Assembly (NCBI GenBank): GCA_002269645.1
Contig: NIVC01000033.1
Location: 795,335-859,334, forward strand
Reading direction: 5' to 3'
Length of the DNA: 64,000 bases
DNA from: Macrostomum lignano
Lineage: Eukaryota
The position numbers and the translations under genes are program-made. The notes beneath the pieces are model-generated. The model did not search any database and was not told where the DNA came from. It saw only the letters and a program-made list of their open reading frames with translations. Positions within the stretch are counted from its first letter, which is position 1. Each line of letters opens with the position of its first letter. Of this stretch, positions 48,131-59,357 are shown in pieces.

Positions 48131-48825
48131 TAGCAATAATCAATCAAGTGATCAAAACCTTGATTCCTTCTTAACCTTGAAGCGACCGTCACAAACAAGA
48201 CTTTCTGGCTGTGGCAGTTCGAAGTTGTTTTCGCTGGATTTGATCTCACAGTAAAACAAAATAAGCCAGGAAATCGCAGGTCACCGAAGGCTGACATTCT
48301 CAGCACCAACTGCCTGACTTCTACAGGCGGATCGATCTTTAGTTTATTATTTTATTAAAGTTTTGATTGTCTGGTCTTGTTCTAGCACAATATGCTCCTG
48401 CTTTATAAATATGCTTCAATAATTGATCATTTATGGATTAGAATTTTTAGTAATTATAAGTTCGCGCAGAGACTTTTGTATTTGTCAATAAATCATTCTG
48501 GTTTTCACTGCGTGGTTGATCTTGCAAGACGATTCTCCGTCATACGAGTACTTGCTGATTTTGCAATTGTTAATATACGAGTATATATACAACCTTGATT
48601 CGTTCAATTTAGTTAAATTATTGCATGTAGCTACTGAAGTGAGTAGTGTGTTTTGCATTTTTGCATTTTTATTGTTTGGAGAACTTCCGTGATACTCAGA
48701 AAGCAAGTGCGTGTGCGCTTCGAGGGTCAATTCCTCGGCGAATTGCCGCCATGCTGTAGAGTGTTGCAATGTAACAGTGTTACATTTTAAAGTGTTCCAT
48801 TTCACAGTGCTGCAATCTAGTGTTG

Positions 48826-49720
48826 CAACGCCCAGGGTTGCATGATCTACATGTACAGGGCTGCAATCTACATGTTCAGGGTAGCAATCTACATGTACAG
48901 GGTTGCAATCTACATGCATGTACAGGGTTGCAATCTACATGTACAGGGTTGCAATCTACATGTACAGGGCTGCAATCTACATGTTCAGGGTAGCAATCTA
49001 CATGTACAGGGCTGCAATCTACATGTTCAGGGTAGCAATCTACATGTACAGGGTTGCAATCTACATGCATGTACAGGGTTGCAATCTACATGTACAGGGT
49101 TGCAATCTACATGTACAGGGCTGCAATCTACATGTTCAGGGTAGCAATCTACATGTTCAGGGTAGCAATCTACATGTACAGGGTTGCAATCTACATGCAT
49201 GTACAGGGTTGCAATCTACATGTTCAGGGTAGCAATCTACATGTTCAGGGTAGCAATCTACATGTACAGGGTTGCAATCTACATGTACAGGGTTGCAATC
49301 TACATGTTCAGGGTAGCAATCTACATGTTCAGGGTAGCAATCTACATGTACAGGGCTGCAATCTACATGTTCAGGGTAGCAATCTACATGTACAGGGTTG
49401 CAATCCACATGCATGTACAGGGTTGCAATCTACATGTACAGGGTTGCAATCTACATGTACAGGATTGCAATCTACATGTACAGGGCTGCAATCTACATGT
49501 TCAGGGTAGCAATCTACATGTACAGGGTTGCAATCTACATGCATGTACAGGGTTGCAATCTACATGTACAGGGTTGCAATCTACATGTACAGGGTGGCAA
49601 TCTACATGTACAGGGTTGCAATCTACATGTACAGGGTTGCAATCTACATGTACAGGGTTGCAATCTACATGTACAGGGTTGCAATCTACATGTTCAGGGT
49701 TGCAATGTACAGGTTTGCAA
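48826..49720. repeat. 21 bp minisatellite (TGCAATCTACATGTACAGGGT) with a palindromic TACATGTA core
   Basis: Tandem array. Confidence 0.96.
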
Positions 49721-50129
49721 TGTACAATGTAAAATTGTTCAAATTGCAATTTTTCCAGCCTTCGGTCCGATCCAGTGGCAGCTTTGAATGAACTGCTGCT
49801 TGAAGATTTTTGCCTGACTTGATAAACGGCTTTGGCTTGTCTTTTGTCTTTTATCAACTTGAAGGTTTTTGCATACATAGGTGGTTTAGAAGATCCACTC
49901 ATTAAAGGTAATAAATTAAAAGAACCGAATTAATTTCATAACTTTAGAGCTGATCAGAAAGTTGTTTTTTACTTAAGAATTAAATAGCAGATTAATTCTT
50001 ATCTACACTACTTATTTTGCACGCTTTTCAGTAGCAGCTAACGCATGTTTTCTTTATCAATCAATTCATAAACAGGGTGGCAAAAAGTTTCAAAATGCCA
50101 ACTAATAGGTATTTACAATTTTATTCACA

Positions 50130-52130
50130 GTGCCGATAAACTCGCATGCGCACTTGAAATGAACTGCCTCAATAAAAACAAGGGAAAACCTGCAGTTCCC
50201 AGTCCAGCCGGCTCCAATTTCTCGTGGTGCTAAAAGAAGCCGCCCTTTTAGCCACAACCTGCAAGGCAGATTTGCTTTTCAGCACCTCGAGAGAGTGGAG
50301 CATCGGCTTCGACATGCCGTGAGCGAGTCGAGCAGTTGCTAGGGAGGGGGGCTACTCGAATACTCACCTCAGCGCCTGCCGCTGCTTCGGGCTTCTTCTT
50401 CTCCTGCTCAGCCTTGCCCCTCTCCTCGCCCTGCCGGTCTCGCGTGAGCTTAAATAAAGCAAAACTGCCGCCTGCCCAGACTCGGCCGGCGGTTGAGGAA
50501 ACGGGAGAGGGGAAGAGGAGGAGGAGGACAGTTCACAGGCTGCTCACAGGCTGTTCACAGGATGCCCAGCACGTTCGCCGCCTTGCCTCTTCTCTCCGCT
50601 TGCCTTCCCCCGCTCTGGCCGTGTCGAGAGGTGAGTGTGTCAGCCCCCGAGCCGCTCCTGCACGGGGGGGGGCGCTGATCCCCCGGCAGTGGGATTTGCG
50701 GATTAGCAGTCCCTCCCCACCTCTCCACCCCACCCCTCCCCACCCGCCCGGATGAGCGCCGCCCCGTCCCGTCCCCCGCCCGCCACTGCAGACCTTGAAA
50801 TATATTTTTTCTTTTCCTCGGATCCGCTCCTATCGGCCTCCCAGACACGGAACTGGAGCCACCCCTCGCAGAGAAGCGATTTCGGACACTATTGCTGCTC
50901 CAATCCTCTCTCGGGCCTGCTCTTAAATCCCCAGTTCTCGCCCACACACCACTCAGCCCCGTGCTCGAATCCTGGAGCACTGAGTGCTGAGCTTGCAGGG
51001 CAGGCGGACTGGCAGGCAGAATTTCCAATAACAACTCTCAGCCCCGTCTGCGGCCCCAGTCTGCTGGGCCAGGGACAGCTGATCGAGAAAAAAGCAGCAC
51101 CTTGGAGTGGCAAATCCGCAGAAGGCAGGCGGGTTATCATCAATTCTGTTCGGTTGAGCACCCGGTCGGATGATGTCGCCAAAAAGTCGAAAAAATCTGC
51201 CCCGCCCCAAATTGGTGTCTGGGGGAAGCTGAGGACTTGCTACAGCAGTCCAGACTCTGGCTCCAGATGTCCTTGGCTGAGGTGAGGCCCTGGCTCCTTC
51301 CCCCCATGGGAACCGAGGGGAGGAAGGCAGAGGGGAAGGCGGGTATACATGCGCATTAAGCGACCCAAGAGCTTCTCTTGTGCCCAGACAAACCAAGTTC
51401 TGGTTCCTCGGGTGGGGGCGTCTGGTCGGTGGGGGAAGCGGCGATGAAGATGGCAGGGAGGCTGGAGCAGGGAGAACGGCAGCGAAAGCAGAGGCTAAAA
51501 ATAGAAACCGCCTCTTCAGCTTTATTCTCTCGACTGTCTGTCCGTCCGCCGACTCGCCAGCTGCCACTGAAAGCCGTGCGCATCCCCGGTTGCCATGATT
51601 CTTACCTTGGAGACTTTTGAAGGCATTTTCCAAGCACCAAAAGTTCCGCATTTCCGCTGCAGTCAGAGAGAAAATTAATGGAAATCCTGTTAAATGGCTA
51701 CCGAACTGTTTTTTTGGGACAAACTCGTAGAATTGGCTGCAATTTGCGTGCCAATAAATCTTTCTATCCTCACGGCTTTTTCACAACCCCCAGCCAGCGG
51801 CTTCAAGTCTAAAACTTCTGCTTTCCAAAGCAGCAATTAATCTTGGCGCAGCTAGCAAAAGCAGGATGATGTAGGAAATTGGGGGAAAACTGTAATTAAT
51901 ATTTATATCCACCTGGATTTGTCACCTGTGCAGCATGGCCAGGCCCAATTCATTCACTGCTGCTGTGGGTCTGGCGGGCGGGCTCTGCCTTTAATAATGA
52001 TGCGCTCGGCCTCCAGGAGGACTGCCAGACTCATTTATACCGCTGAGCTGCCCGCCCCCGAGGCTTCATATGTCTTCAATGTATTTCTTGGAAACAGACT
52101 TTGAGCACTGCTGATTGTTCCTGATCTCCA
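50130..52130. promoter_or_regulatory. GC-rich island with promoter-like motifs and splice donors on both strands; gene not identified
   Basis: GCATGCGCA at 50144, CATGCGCA at 51348, GC boxes at ~50773 and 51200. GAG|GTGAGT on minus (GT at 50367-50366) and on plus (50631). Confidence 0.35.
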
Positions 52131-52303
52131 ACACCAGGCTTTGGTACTCAACTAGCTAACTTAGTGCGACAGCAGAGTCAAACATTTTCTATTCAATGAA
52201 TTCATTTGCCGCCAAGTTAGTTCGGCAATGAAAATTTGCAAATTTATGCTCCAGAAATGAAGGTTACTACTTGAAGTCATAAATTATTAGTTCAGAGTTG
52301 CGT

Positions 52304-55300
52304 TCAAAGTTCCTCATTGTTCGACTTCATTGAGTCCTCCTGCTGCTGCTCGTCCGGAGTCGGCGCTGGCCGGTCGCTCAGGTCGACAATTCCAAAAGCC
52401 AGCCGCTCCCGCCGCAGGAGGCCGCTGAGCAGCCGCATCTCCGAATCATCGGCTCGATTTTTACCCAACAGCTCAGCCCGGAAGTTCCGGTTGTACTCAA
52501 CCAGGAAACGGAGCGACTCAGCGTAAGTCAGCTCGCCGTCTTTGTCCTCTCTGACGATGCCGCTCTCGTCCAGACGCGAGATCTCCACGGTTGCCAGGCC
52601 GTCGGCGCCCGCGCCGGCCTGCAGCTGCAGCACCAGGAGCCCCGGCACCGGGCTGGAGTAGCCGGGCGGGCCGAACCAGTCCAGCTGCTCGCCCGCCTTC
52701 GCCCGGACCAGCAGGCCGAAGTTGTACACGCTGGACAGCTTCGCCGCCAGGACGCGCTGCAGCAGAGTTGGCGTGCTGTCGCCTGCAAATATGTTCGATT
52801 TCCTGTGCTGCAGTTTTCTGCTTTTAGCTGTCGCCTGCAAATGTGTTCGATTTCCTGTGCTGCAGTTTTCTGCTTTTAGCTGGTGCCTGCAAATGTGTTC
52901 GATTTCCTGTGCTGCAGTTTTCTGCTTTTAGCTGGTGCCTGCAAATGTGTTCGATTTCCTGTGCTGCAGTTTTCTGCTTTTAGCTGGTGCCTGCAAATGT
53001 GTTCGATTTCCTGTGCTGCAGTTTTCTGCTTTTAGCTGTCGCCTGCAAATGTGTTCGATTTCCTGTGCTGCAGTTTTCTGCTTTTAGCTGTCGCCTGCAA
53101 ATGTGTTCGATTTCCTGTGCTGCAGTTTTCTGCTTTTAGCTGTCGCCTGCAAATGTGTTCGATTTCCTGTGCTGCAGTTTTCTGCTTTTAGCTAGTGCCT
53201 GCAAATGTGTCCGATTTCCTGTGCTGCAGTTTTCTGCTTTTAGCTGTCGCCTGCAAATGTGTTCGATTTCCTGTGCTGCAGTTTTCTGCTTTTAGCTGGT
53301 GCCTGCAAATGTGTTCGATTTCCTGTGCTGCAGTTTTCTGCTTTTAGCTGTCGCCTGCAAATGTGTTCGATTTCCTGTGCTGCAGTTTTCTGCTTTTAGC
53401 TAGTGCCTGCAAATGTGTCCGATTTCCTGTGCTGCAGTTTTCTGCTTTTAGCTAGTGCCTGCAAATGTGTCCGATTTCCTGTGCTGCAGTTTTCTGCTTT
53501 TAGCTGTCGCCTGCAAATGTGTTCGATTTCCTGTGCTGCAGTTTTCTGCTTTTCGCTGGTGCCTGCAAATGTGTTCGATTTCCTGTGCTGCAGTTTTCTG
53601 CTTTTAGCTGTCGCCTGCAAATGTGTTCGATTTCCTGTGCTGCAGTTTTCTGCTTTTAGCTAGTGCCTGCAAATGTGTCCGATTTCCTGTGCTGCAGTTT
53701 TCTGCTTTTAGCTGTCGCCTGCAAATGTGTTCGATTTCCTGTGCTGCAGTTTTCTGCTTTTAGCTGGTGCCTGCAAATGTGTTCGATTTCCTGTGCTGCA
53801 GTTTTTTGCTTTTAGCTGGGGCCTGCAAATGTGTTCGATTTCCTGTGCTGCAGTTTTCTGCTTTTAGCTGTCGCCTGCAAATGTGTTCGATTTCCTGTGC
53901 TGCAGTTTTCTGCTTTTAGCTGGTGCCTGCAAATGTGTTCGATTTCCTGTGCCGCAGTTTTCTGCTTTTAGCTGGTGCCTGCAGCGCTAAAATGAGTGCC
54001 TGCGGCGCTAAAATGAGTGCCTGCGGCGCTAAAATGAGTGCCTGCAGCGCTAAAATGAGTGCCCGCGGCGCTAAAATGAGTGCCTGCGGCGCTAAAATGA
54101 ATGCCTGCGGCGCTAAAATGAGTGCCTGCGGCGCTAAAATGAATGCCTGCGGCGCTAAAATGAGTGCCTGCGGCGCTAAAACGAGTGCCTGCGGCGCTAA
54201 AACGAGTGCCTGCGGCGCTAAAATGAGTGCCTGCGGCGCTAAAATGAATGCCTGCGGCGCTAAAACGAGTGCCTGCGGCGCTAAAATGAATGCCTGCGGC
54301 GCTAAAATGAGTGCCTGCGGCGCTAAAATGAATGCCTGCGGCGCTAAAATGAATGCCTGCAACGCTAAAATCAATGCCTGCGGCGCTAAAATGAGTGCCT
54401 GCGGCGCTAAAATGAATGCCTGCGGCGCTAAAATGAGTGCCTGCGGCGCTAAAATGAAGGCCTGCGGCGCTAAAATGAGTGCCTGCGGCGCTAAAACGAG
54501 TGCCTGCGGCGCTAAAACGAGTGCCTGCGGCGCTAAAATGAGTGCCTGCGGTGCTAAAATGAATGCCTGCGGCGCTAAAACGAGTGCCTGCGGCGCTAAA
54601 ATGAGTGCCTGCGGCGCTAAAATGAGTGCCTGCGGCGCTAAAATAAGTGCCTGCGGCGCTAAAATGAGTGCCCGCGGCGCTAAAATGAGTGCCTGCGGCG
54701 CTAAAATGAATGCCTGCGGCGCTAAAATGAATGCCTGCGGCGCTAAAATGAGTGCCTGCGGCGCTAAAATGAATGCCTGTGGCGCTAAAATGAATGCCTG
54801 CAACGCTAAAATCAATGCCTGCGGCGCTAAAATGAGTGCCTGCGGCGCTAAAACGAGTGCCTGCGGCGCTAAAATGAATGCCTGCGGCGCTAAAATGAAG
54901 GCCTGCGGCGCTAAAATGAGTGCCTGCGGCGCTAAAACGAGTGCCTGCGGCGCTAAAACGAGTGCCTGCGGCGCTAAAATGAATGCCTGCGGCGCTAAAA
55001 TGAGTGCCTGCGGCGCTAAAATGAGTGCCTGCGGCGCTAAAACGAGTGCCTGCGGCGCTAAAATGAATGCCTGCGGCGCTAAAATGAGTGCTTGCGGCGC
55101 TAAAATGAATGCCTGCGGCGCTAAAATGAATGCCTGCAACGCTAAAATCAATGCCTGCGGCGCTAAAATGAGTGCCTGCGGCGCTAAAATGAATGCCTGC
55201 GGCGCTAAAATGAGTGCCTGCGGCGCTAAAATGAAGGCCTGCGGCGCTAAAATGAGTGCCTGCGGCGCTAAAACGAGTGCCTGCGGCGCTAAAACGAGTG

Positions 55301-57031
55301 CCTGCGGCGCTAAAATGAGTGCCTGCGGTGCTAAAATGAATGCCTGCGGCGCTAAAACGAGTGCCTGCGGCGCTAAAATGAGTGCCTGCGGCGCTAAAAT
55401 GAGTGCCTGCGGCGCTAAAATAAGTGCCTGCGGCGCTAAAATGAGTGCCCGCGGCGCTAAAATGAGTGCCTGCGGCGCTAAAATGAATGCCTGCGGCGCT
55501 AAAATGAATGCCTGCGGCGCTAAAATGAGTGCCTGCGGCGCTAAAATGAATGCCTGTGGCGCTAAAATGAATGCCTGCAACGCTAAAATCAATGCCTGCG
55601 GCGCTAAAATGAGTGCCTGCGGCGCTAAAATGAATGCCTGCGGCGCTAAAATGAGTGCCTGCGGCGCTAAAATGAAGGCCTGCGGCGCTAAAATGAGTGC
55701 CTGCGGCGCTAAAACGAGTGCCTGCGGCGCTAAAACGAGTGCCTGCGGCGCTAAAATGAATGCCTGCGGCGCTAAAATGAGTGCCTGCGGCGCTAAAATG
55801 AGTGCCTGCGGCGCTAAAACGAGTGCCTGCGGCGCTAAAATGAGTGCCTGCGGCGCTAAAATGAGTGCCTGCGGCGCTAAAATGAGTAGAAAACATCACT
55901 CTCAGTACGCATTGAATGAAACCCATTCTTATTTATTTGGAATTTGTCAGTCCAATAGCTGAGGAACTGCCAATTTTTCAGCGAAAACCTGTTTTCGCCA
56001 GAGGTCCTTGTGCCGAGAAGTTTTTTAGACCGGACCAAAGTATGTTCGGGTGACAACAAGCAACATGCTACTCACGGACTGCAAAAATTGCGGTAAATTT
56101 TGTCGGGTCAGAGCTCACAGCCTCCGTGAGCAGCCGCTGAATGTCCGCCTTCTCCGTCACGCGCACGATGGAGTCGCTCGGCACGGAGTCGCTGGCGTGG
56201 CTGACAGCCGCATCGAAGGAGTCGGTGTCCAGGCAGGTCGCCAGCTTCCGCTCCGCTGGTCCGAACGGCAGGGCGCGAAACTTCAGGCCAGCCGTCGTGT
56301 TCAAATTCTGCGTTGAGCGACCGATTGAGCGATTGACTGTACTTTAGTTTTGATAGGCAAATCTGCACCAGGCTACTAACTGCAAGTAGTAGTTCAAAGG
56401 CAAAGCATCTTGTAGCGGTAAACGCGTCTCTGACTCTCGCGCTACGACCCAATTGGTTCGATCCAAGAATGTACAGAGTGTACATGTCTGATGATTAGAA
56501 AGTCAGGACCGCTGTACACCCTGTGTGAGCCTGTGCATGAGTGCGTGCTTGTGTACACAGTATTGGCCCACTTCTACGTGGTCAGGAGTCAGCGGAACGG
56601 GATGATAATGTTGCCGAAGGCGCAAGTTGCGTCACTCAAAAGTGAATACTGAGCTAGAATTTACTGCGCGACCCAGTCAAGAGCGCAGCTGATCTCACCA
56701 GCAGCTCGGCAGTCTCCCGATCGTCGCGGTGCACCAGGCCGAACCGGATCAGGCCACGCAGCTGCTCGGCCGCCTCGCGGAACGGCTCGAACAGCCAGCC
56801 TTCGTGGAAAAACAGCACCCAGGCGGACTTGTCGTCCTCCAGAACCAGGGCGGTGACATTCTCCGGCCCGATCGGCACGAAAGCCCACGGAATGTTCGGC
56901 GAGGTGGCGTCGATAAAGACGGTGCTCGAGTCGGGACGACTGTCTTGGGAAGCCACAACAACGGTGGCGGCAGCCAGAAGGCACAGGGCAGCCGACAGGA
57001 GCCACTTGACACGAAATTCAGCTGACATCAT
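52304..57031 (-). CDS. ER-lumenal thioredoxin-fold/PDI-like protein without CXXC, ~347 aa, C-terminal NEEL
   Basis: Exons 56699-57031, 56076-56307, 52304-52782 (GT-AG, phase-consistent). N-terminal hydrophobic signal (WLLSAALCLLAAATVVVA), Trx-like segments (AWVLFFHEG..FREAAEQLRGLIRFGLV; TPTLLQRVLAAKLSSVYNFG), ends ..SNNEEL*. The gene model is better supported than the product call. Confidence 0.72.
52775..53975. repeat. 52 bp minisatellite containing the exon 3 acceptor junction, ~23 units
   Basis: Unit GCCTGCAAATGTGTTCGATTTCCTGTGCTGCAGTTTTCTGCTTTTAGCTGTC; minus strand contains TTTGCAG|GCGACAGC. Confidence 0.96.
53976..55886. repeat. 21 bp minisatellite (GCCTGCGGCGCTAAAATGAGT), ~91 units, with a 777 bp higher-order repeat
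   Basis: Rare variants recur exactly 777 bp apart (54361/55138, 54802/55579, 54644/55421). Confidence 0.97.
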
Positions 57032-57787
57032 GACAAAATAGGCTAAGGCTCTTGCTAATTGATTTTTTGGCATATCAACATGCAGCCGTATAGCATGCTG
57101 ATATCTTACTGCAGATCGGCTTATCTGACGGAATCCACTTATCTTGACATTGCCGTTCAAGCAAGCATTTTGCAGAAGCATGTGGCTTCAGTCCCACACG
57201 GACGCCAAAGACTTGCAATTTGGTTGTCTGAAAATCAGCATCCAGCCTGTAAAAGCGGTATTAAGCTTAAACTTTTTTAAGTTATACACCTGGAAACAAT
57301 TTAGGGGCACCGTTCTCAATCTATCGCAACTGGATGGTACAAAGATACAAATAAATTGGCAAGATTTCACATCGTCACACCAAGGTTCTTGTTGGAATGC
57401 TAGCTGTCATACTAGCTGGTGCTGTTGCCGAGAGTACGCATGTACGTGTACAAATGTGACAGGCTTTTAAAAAAGGACAATCAGCACCTTTGCCTAAATG
57501 CACGGCTGCCTCACCAATGCTTTCAAATTTTAATTTTCTCTCATTCTAGGTAGATTCATAGATCGATCAGGCACACAGACGGACCATTTTTAGTATATAC
57601 TCGTAGGATGGCGTCTTTGTTAGACATTTATAAACTTTTTTTCTTCGCAAAACTGCATCAGTTGAGTCTCAAGACAACCGGATGCGGATTCCCCGCAGCT
57701 CAAGGACAATTTCATACAACTGCTCAATTACATGCATTACTAAATTCTAATGTAACTGCATGTACTATATTACCTGTACAAATGACT

Positions 57788-58075
57788 TAATGGCCAGATG
57801 TGCAACCGACAGCTCAGCCGCAGCTATTGCGCGGCGCATCTGAAGGCTGCCTACGGCTGTTCAGTCCAAGGACTAGGGGGGTCGCCACACACCCTGATCA
57901 ATTACCCCAGCTAATGCTGGCATGCATTTTTACAGCTGGGTGAACTGAATCAATGCAGAGCAAGTGTCTTGCTCAAGGACACAAATTAATTGTTTTTAGT
58001 GGGTAGAGAATCGAACCCCCCGGCTCTTCAGGGCGTCTATAGCGAGCACCATTGCGGGCGCCACCTCGGGCGGCC
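57788..58075 (-). mobile_element. tRNA-derived CORE-type SINE
   Basis: Minus strand: A-box-like TGGCGCCCGCAATGG (58049-58063), B box GGTTCGATTCT (58007-58017), then TGTGTCCTTGAGCAAGACACTT...CAGTTCACCCAGCTGTAAAAATG, matching the CORE domain of MIR-type SINEs from memory. 3' boundary approximate. Confidence 0.75.
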
Positions 58076-58770
58076 AATCCATTGTAAGTGACGCTCGTGC
58101 AGTAATTGAAGCATTGAATTCGCACAAACGGGATCATAAATGAGAAAAAATATTTACTTTTTTCTTACTCCATGCATCCACGACATGTACCCGCATGTAC
58201 GTTGTACTAAGATTTGTTTTAATCATTGGATTAAAACCAATCGTTCTCATACTCATAACCCTCGTAACTTCAGTTTTATTGTCATATCAATTTTTTTATC
58301 TCTGACTTTCATTAATTGCTGAAAATTACCAGAAATAATCTTTATCGCCTACTAAAAGTAGGAAATATCAAATATGGAGCGAATTTTGTCAATAAATTCT
58401 CTGACAGAACGTTAAAAAAACAAGCAGATTTCTTCATAACAAAAATGGTACACTTAATGAGAAGTGCAACTCAGCATCCAAACTGCTTCATTATCATACT
58501 ATATAATTAAAAAAGAAAACGTACGCACGGCTAAGGAATTACACAGACTCACTATTGTAACTAAATCCAAGCAAACAGTAAGCGATACGAGATAAATTAT
58601 AAAAAAACACGATTGATGACGCAAGTAAATTTGATAAATGCAGCTGCGCATTTATCCCAGGGATTGAGTTCTCTGGGAGCCACGGGCGCGAGGGGGATCG
58701 TATTTGAGTAGTTCGGAAATTCTTTAATGATGCCGTGTTGACTCAGCATGGCAACGGGACAATAAAGAGA

Positions 58771-59307
58771 AACTACTGAATCCCTAATAATCTCACCCCT
58801 AAAACTACTGAATCCCTAATAATCTCACCCCTAAAACTACTGAATCCCTAATAATCTCACCCCTAAAACTACTTTATCCCTAATAATCTCACCCCTAAAA
58901 CTACTGAATACCTAATAATCTCACCCCTAAAACTACTGAATCCCTAATAATCTCACCCCTAAAACTACTGAATCCCTAATAATCTCACCCCTAAAACTAC
59001 TTAATCCCTAATAATCTCACCCCTAAAACTACTTAATCCCTAATAATCTCACCCCTAAAACTACTTAATCCCTAATAATCTCACCCCTAAAACTACTGAA
59101 TACCTAATAATCTCACCCCTAAAACTACTGAATACCTAATAATCTCACCCCTAAAACTACTTAATCCCTAATAATCTCACCCCTAAAACTACTGAATACC
59201 TAATAATCTCACCCCTAAAACTACTGAATACCTAATAATCTCACCCCTAAAACTACTTAATCCCTAATAATCTCACTCTAAAACTACCGAATCCAAATTA
59301 ATCTCAC
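58771..59307. repeat. 32 bp minisatellite (CTACTGAATCCCTAATAATCTCACCCCTAAAA), probable WDR61 3'UTR intron
   Basis: Tandem array. Confidence 0.95.
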
Positions 59308-59357
59308 CCAAAGTCCAAGAGCACAGCCCAAGTCCAGCTGCCAGTCCGAGCCCAGCT

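Noticed and set aside
48485-49902. Possible minus-strand exons (AWRQFAEELTLEAHTHLL after CTACAG at 48754; KLIKDKRQAKAVYQ ORF 49501..49902)
   Set aside because: No recognisable homology, no consistent donor/phase chain, and both ORFs partly run through the 21 bp array.
53916-55962. Long ORFs on both strands (679, 652, 558 aa; ACGAKMS / FSAAGTH / LAPQALI repeats)
   Set aside because: They are translations of a stop-poor 21 bp intronic tandem repeat inside the Trx-like gene; no unique coding signal.
56488-56504. CTGATGA..GAAA hammerhead-ribozyme-like core
   Set aside because: Only 3 nt between CTGATGA and GAAA, so no stem II; no convincing stems I and III.
56600-56655. C/D-box snoRNA-like ATGATA...CTGA segment
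   Set aside because: C box imperfect, no terminal stem, and it is antisense to the host intron.
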